64,000 nucleotides of DNA from an uncultured Verrucomicrobiae bacterium (GTDB lineage: Bacteria; Verrucomicrobiota; Verrucomicrobiia; Chthoniobacterales; Terrimicrobiaceae), in contig CAVPOC010000003.1 in assembly GCA_963706955.1 (NCBI GenBank), forward strand, positions 512,001 to 576,000, read 5' to 3'. Positions 61,390-64,000 of the stretch are shown piece after piece. Position 1 is the first letter of the stretch. The number at the start of each line of letters is the position of its first letter. The position numbers and the translations under genes were made by a program. The notes beneath the pieces were generated by a model. It was not told the DNA's origin, made no database searches, and worked only from the letters and a program-made list of their open reading frames with translations.

Positions 61390-62211
61390 ATGAGTGTCGA
61401 ATATCTTGCCACAGGCTTTGCTGACGTAGACAGCGCAGCCGAGAGCGACTGCTATTCGGGCTGCTTGTCTCTTCTCGATTCTCTTCCTTACTTCAAGGAA
61501 TACAAACAGAAATCATACGAGTTGCTCGAGCTCGGCCCACGTCAATGCGTTTTGGACGCCGGTTGCGGCCTCGGTGACGACGTGTTCAGGATGGCCGAAT
61601 TGATAATCCCAGACGGGCTTGTGGTTGGAGTGGATTCAAGCGCCAAATTTGTGAGCAAAGCTAAATCCGACGAGCGCAGCGCGGCATTGCCGGTTGAATT
61701 TCATGTTGGCGACTTACGGAAACTGCCGTTCATTGACCAGACTTTCACTCGCTGCAGAATAGATCGGGCTTTACAGCATATCCCGCAGCCACAAGTGGCA
61801 ATATCCGAACTCGTGCGCGTCCTTAAACCTCAAGGTATTCTCCTGGCGTATGACAACGACTGGGGGACATTTTCGATAACGTCACAGGACAAACGGGTCA
61901 CTCGATTGCTAGAGAATGCCTGGTGCGATTCCTTTGCTAATAGCTGGATCGGTCGAGAGCTGGGCAGATACTTCCGCGAAGCAGGTGTCGACGACATCAA
62001 AATCTACCCAAGTGTGTCGCTAATATCGGATTTCGATATGGCCGACAAGGTTTACAACCTAACGCAAACGGCTGAGCGGGCGATTGCAGCAGGACAAATC
62101 TCCGAACTGGAAGCGTCTACCTGGTTGGCTGAACTTCGCGCCAGAGCGCGATCAGGATGTTTTGTCGCGGCATTGACAGCGTATACGGTGGTGGGGCGAA
62201 AACCTTTATGA
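61390..62211 (+). CDS. Class I SAM-dependent methyltransferase
   Basis: VLDAGCGLGDD, GVDSS, LPF.D..F..CRIDR.LQH, VLKPQG. Confidence 0.9.
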   Translation: MSVEYLATGFADVDSAAESDCYSGCLSLLDSLPYFKEYKQKSYELLELGPRQCVLDAGCGLGDDVFRMAELIIPDGLVVGVDSSAKFVSKAKSDERSAALPVEFHVGDLRKLPFIDQTFTRCRIDRALQHIPQPQVAISELVRVLKPQGILLAYDNDWGTFSITSQDKRVTRLLENAWCDSFANSWIGRELGRYFREAGVDDIKIYPSVSLISDFDMADKVYNLTQTAERAIAAGQISELEASTWLAELRARARSGCFVAALTAYTVVGRKPL

Positions 62212-62363
62212 AGTATCAAAGAATCGGATTAGCTGGACAATCCACCGATTTCGCAGATTTCACAGATGAATACCGATAGAAGTCGTTGAAGCCGACGATA
62301 CTGAAACGGAGCGGAGGTTGCCAATGGAACAATCCCTGCCTCAGCTCTCAACACTCAACCATT

Positions 62364-62759
62364 TTATTGGCCGCGCCGCAGGCAGATCCAATGAGCGCTG
62401 ACAAACACGATATGCAGGACTGTCGTGATCACGCCCATGGGGATCACGTTTAGTTGAACGAAAGATGACCAATAGAGCAGGTTGGAACATCCGAGCAACA
62501 AGTGAACGACAAGCCCAACGCGATGCCACAGGGAACGGTCCGGCAGACTGGCAGCGCGAATCAACAGAATGGCGAATATGATGGCGAGTCCGTGCGCCTC
62601 GAAGCCACCGATCGTGTACGGGGAACCCTTCGTTTGCGCCAACGGACCAAAGCCAAGAAAATGGCCAACCGTTTCCATGATCATGGCCGCTCCACCGGCG
62701 AGCAGCAGAAAGCCCCCGTCGAACTGCAGGACCTTGCGACTGAGGGCCGCCGCAGTCAT
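62364..62759 (-). CDS. Hypothetical membrane protein
   Basis: About four TM helices with conserved-looking EAHGL and H..LG..N motifs. Confidence 0.6.
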   Translation of the reverse strand: MTAAALSRKVLQFDGGFLLLAGGAAMIMETVGHFLGFGPLAQTKGSPYTIGGFEAHGLAIIFAILLIRAASLPDRSLWHRVGLVVHLLLGCSNLLYWSSFVQLNVIPMGVITTVLHIVFVSAHWICLRRGQ

Positions 62760-62909
62760 CGGTCGGAACAGAAGCACTCCACGGTGATGGCATCCACAAG
62801 CAAACAGGTAGCACAGTTCTCTTCTGCATTGCCAGTCTGCGAACGCCTCGCGCAAACGTGAAAAGGAGATTTCCGGCCGGAGTCGTGTCGCCACCGGGCG
62901 AGGTGGTTA

Positions 62910-62966
62910 TGTAGCGGCGATGTCCTCATCGTCGCAGGCTTCGGCGGGTGGCGACACCGCCGCTAC
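62910..62966. repeat. GTAG-type REP doublet
   Basis: TGTAGCGGCGATGTCCTCATCGTCG ... CGGCGGGTGGCGACACCGCCGCTACA. Confidence 0.75.
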
Positions 62967-63037
62967 AACATGGGTTCTCCGAGGCTGCAATGCTTAGTTC
63001 CGTCCCAACTGACAGCGCATGCAGCCGAATCAAAGTA

Positions 63038-63736
63038 TTAGCTTTCAACTGTTCTTCGGGTTTCCTCCCTAATAAGATCGGCAATATATTTCCGGGACTG
63101 GCATTTCGGTGTCGTAATATGGCGGCAGGGATTTCGCAGGTGTCCAGATCGCAATAGATCGTCCGCTTTGGAAAATACTCGAAGAGGAGCTGGACCCTTC
63201 CGGCCTCGTCCTTGCCGGCGATTTCGGCAATCAGTTCAAAAGCCAGATCGATTCCGCTGGAGACCCCCCCGCTCGTCCAAACATTGCCGCTTTTTACGAC
63301 TCTCTCTTCCTGAACATCGACATCCTTAAGCTGCTCTTAGTTCTGCGAGAGCGCGCCAATAAGTTGTGACAGGTTTATTCCTTAGTAAGCCTGCCTTGTG
63401 CAAAAGAAACATTCCGGTGCAGACAGAGATGATCTTGTCGGCTGTCGCGGCCTTTGCCTTGATGAAGGCAATGAGACGTTTGTTATCGACCTGCTCGCGG
63501 CGTCCCCGGCCTCCCGGCACAATAAGGTAGTCGAGATCCGGGCAATCGTCGAAAGTGCAGTGGGCGCTAAGGATGATATCATCATCACATTTCACTAGGC
63601 CTCCCTTTTCAGAGACAAGATACATGTCGATCGGGGCATCAAGCACTTTCTTCCATATGGCGAGCACTTCCCAGGGGCCGATGACGTCCATCGGCTGAAC
63701 ATTTTCATAGATAACCAGACCTAAGTTTTTTGCCAT
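63038..63736 (-). CDS. DJ-1/PfpI family protein (frameshift at about 63327; 3' end approximate)
   Basis: MDVIGPWEV, LIVPGG.G, SVCTG; continues out of frame as ERVVKSGNVWTSGGVSSGIDLAF...VQLLFEYFP. Confidence 0.85.
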
Positions 63737-64000
63737 GGCGGAGCTTAAACAAATCGTAGTTCCATGTCGCGAACGAAAGCCGCGCCGCCCAAATGCCTGG
63801 AGAACTTCACGCTTGATTTCGGGGAAAATGTCTCGCGGCGCGCATACCTACAATGGGGGGCGCCTAAGGCGCTCAAAGAAACGTCTTCTTATTCCGCTCG
63901 ATAGCGTCTTGCAGAAAGGAAGGGTTTCGGCTGAGATCGAAGCTCGCCCCAGAATTTATCCCCAATCCACCTAGATACCACATATGCCATACCTCGTTGT

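Overview
Bacterial, GC-rich DNA. The gene set (prepilin-like gene, PUR-family protein, repeat families) suggests Verrucomicrobia, possibly Spartobacteria-like; this is inference only. A housekeeping block at about 25.8-34.9 kb (prepilin, rnr, PUR protein, ppdK, sufSU, STAS, mlaE) lies between two accessory regions, each downstream of a minus-strand tRNA (tRNA-Gly-CCC at 25.7 kb, tRNA-Ala-GGC at 58.2 kb). The left region has a catalase-like/DyP haem cluster, a GMC oxidoreductase, a candidate defence locus (TIR protein, nSTAND1-TM-WD40, catalytic-less branching-enzyme remnant, TIR-SLOG), a glycerol-type ABC transporter, an aquaporin and a tRNA-linked GIY-YIG/repeat module. The right region has a 358-bp MITE, detoxification and stress genes (three loci share an ECF-sigma-like promoter motif), an RND pump, a 188-bp BIME-like tandem array, cstA, an MFS transporter, an ISL3 element inside tRNA-Ala-linked repeats and a DAACS-SBP fusion. 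At least three dispersed repeat families occur. Several genes carry single-base frameshifts, often at homopolymers, which are probably sequencing errors. No CRISPR array, integrase or rRNA is seen. All family assignments come from motif recognition, not database searches.
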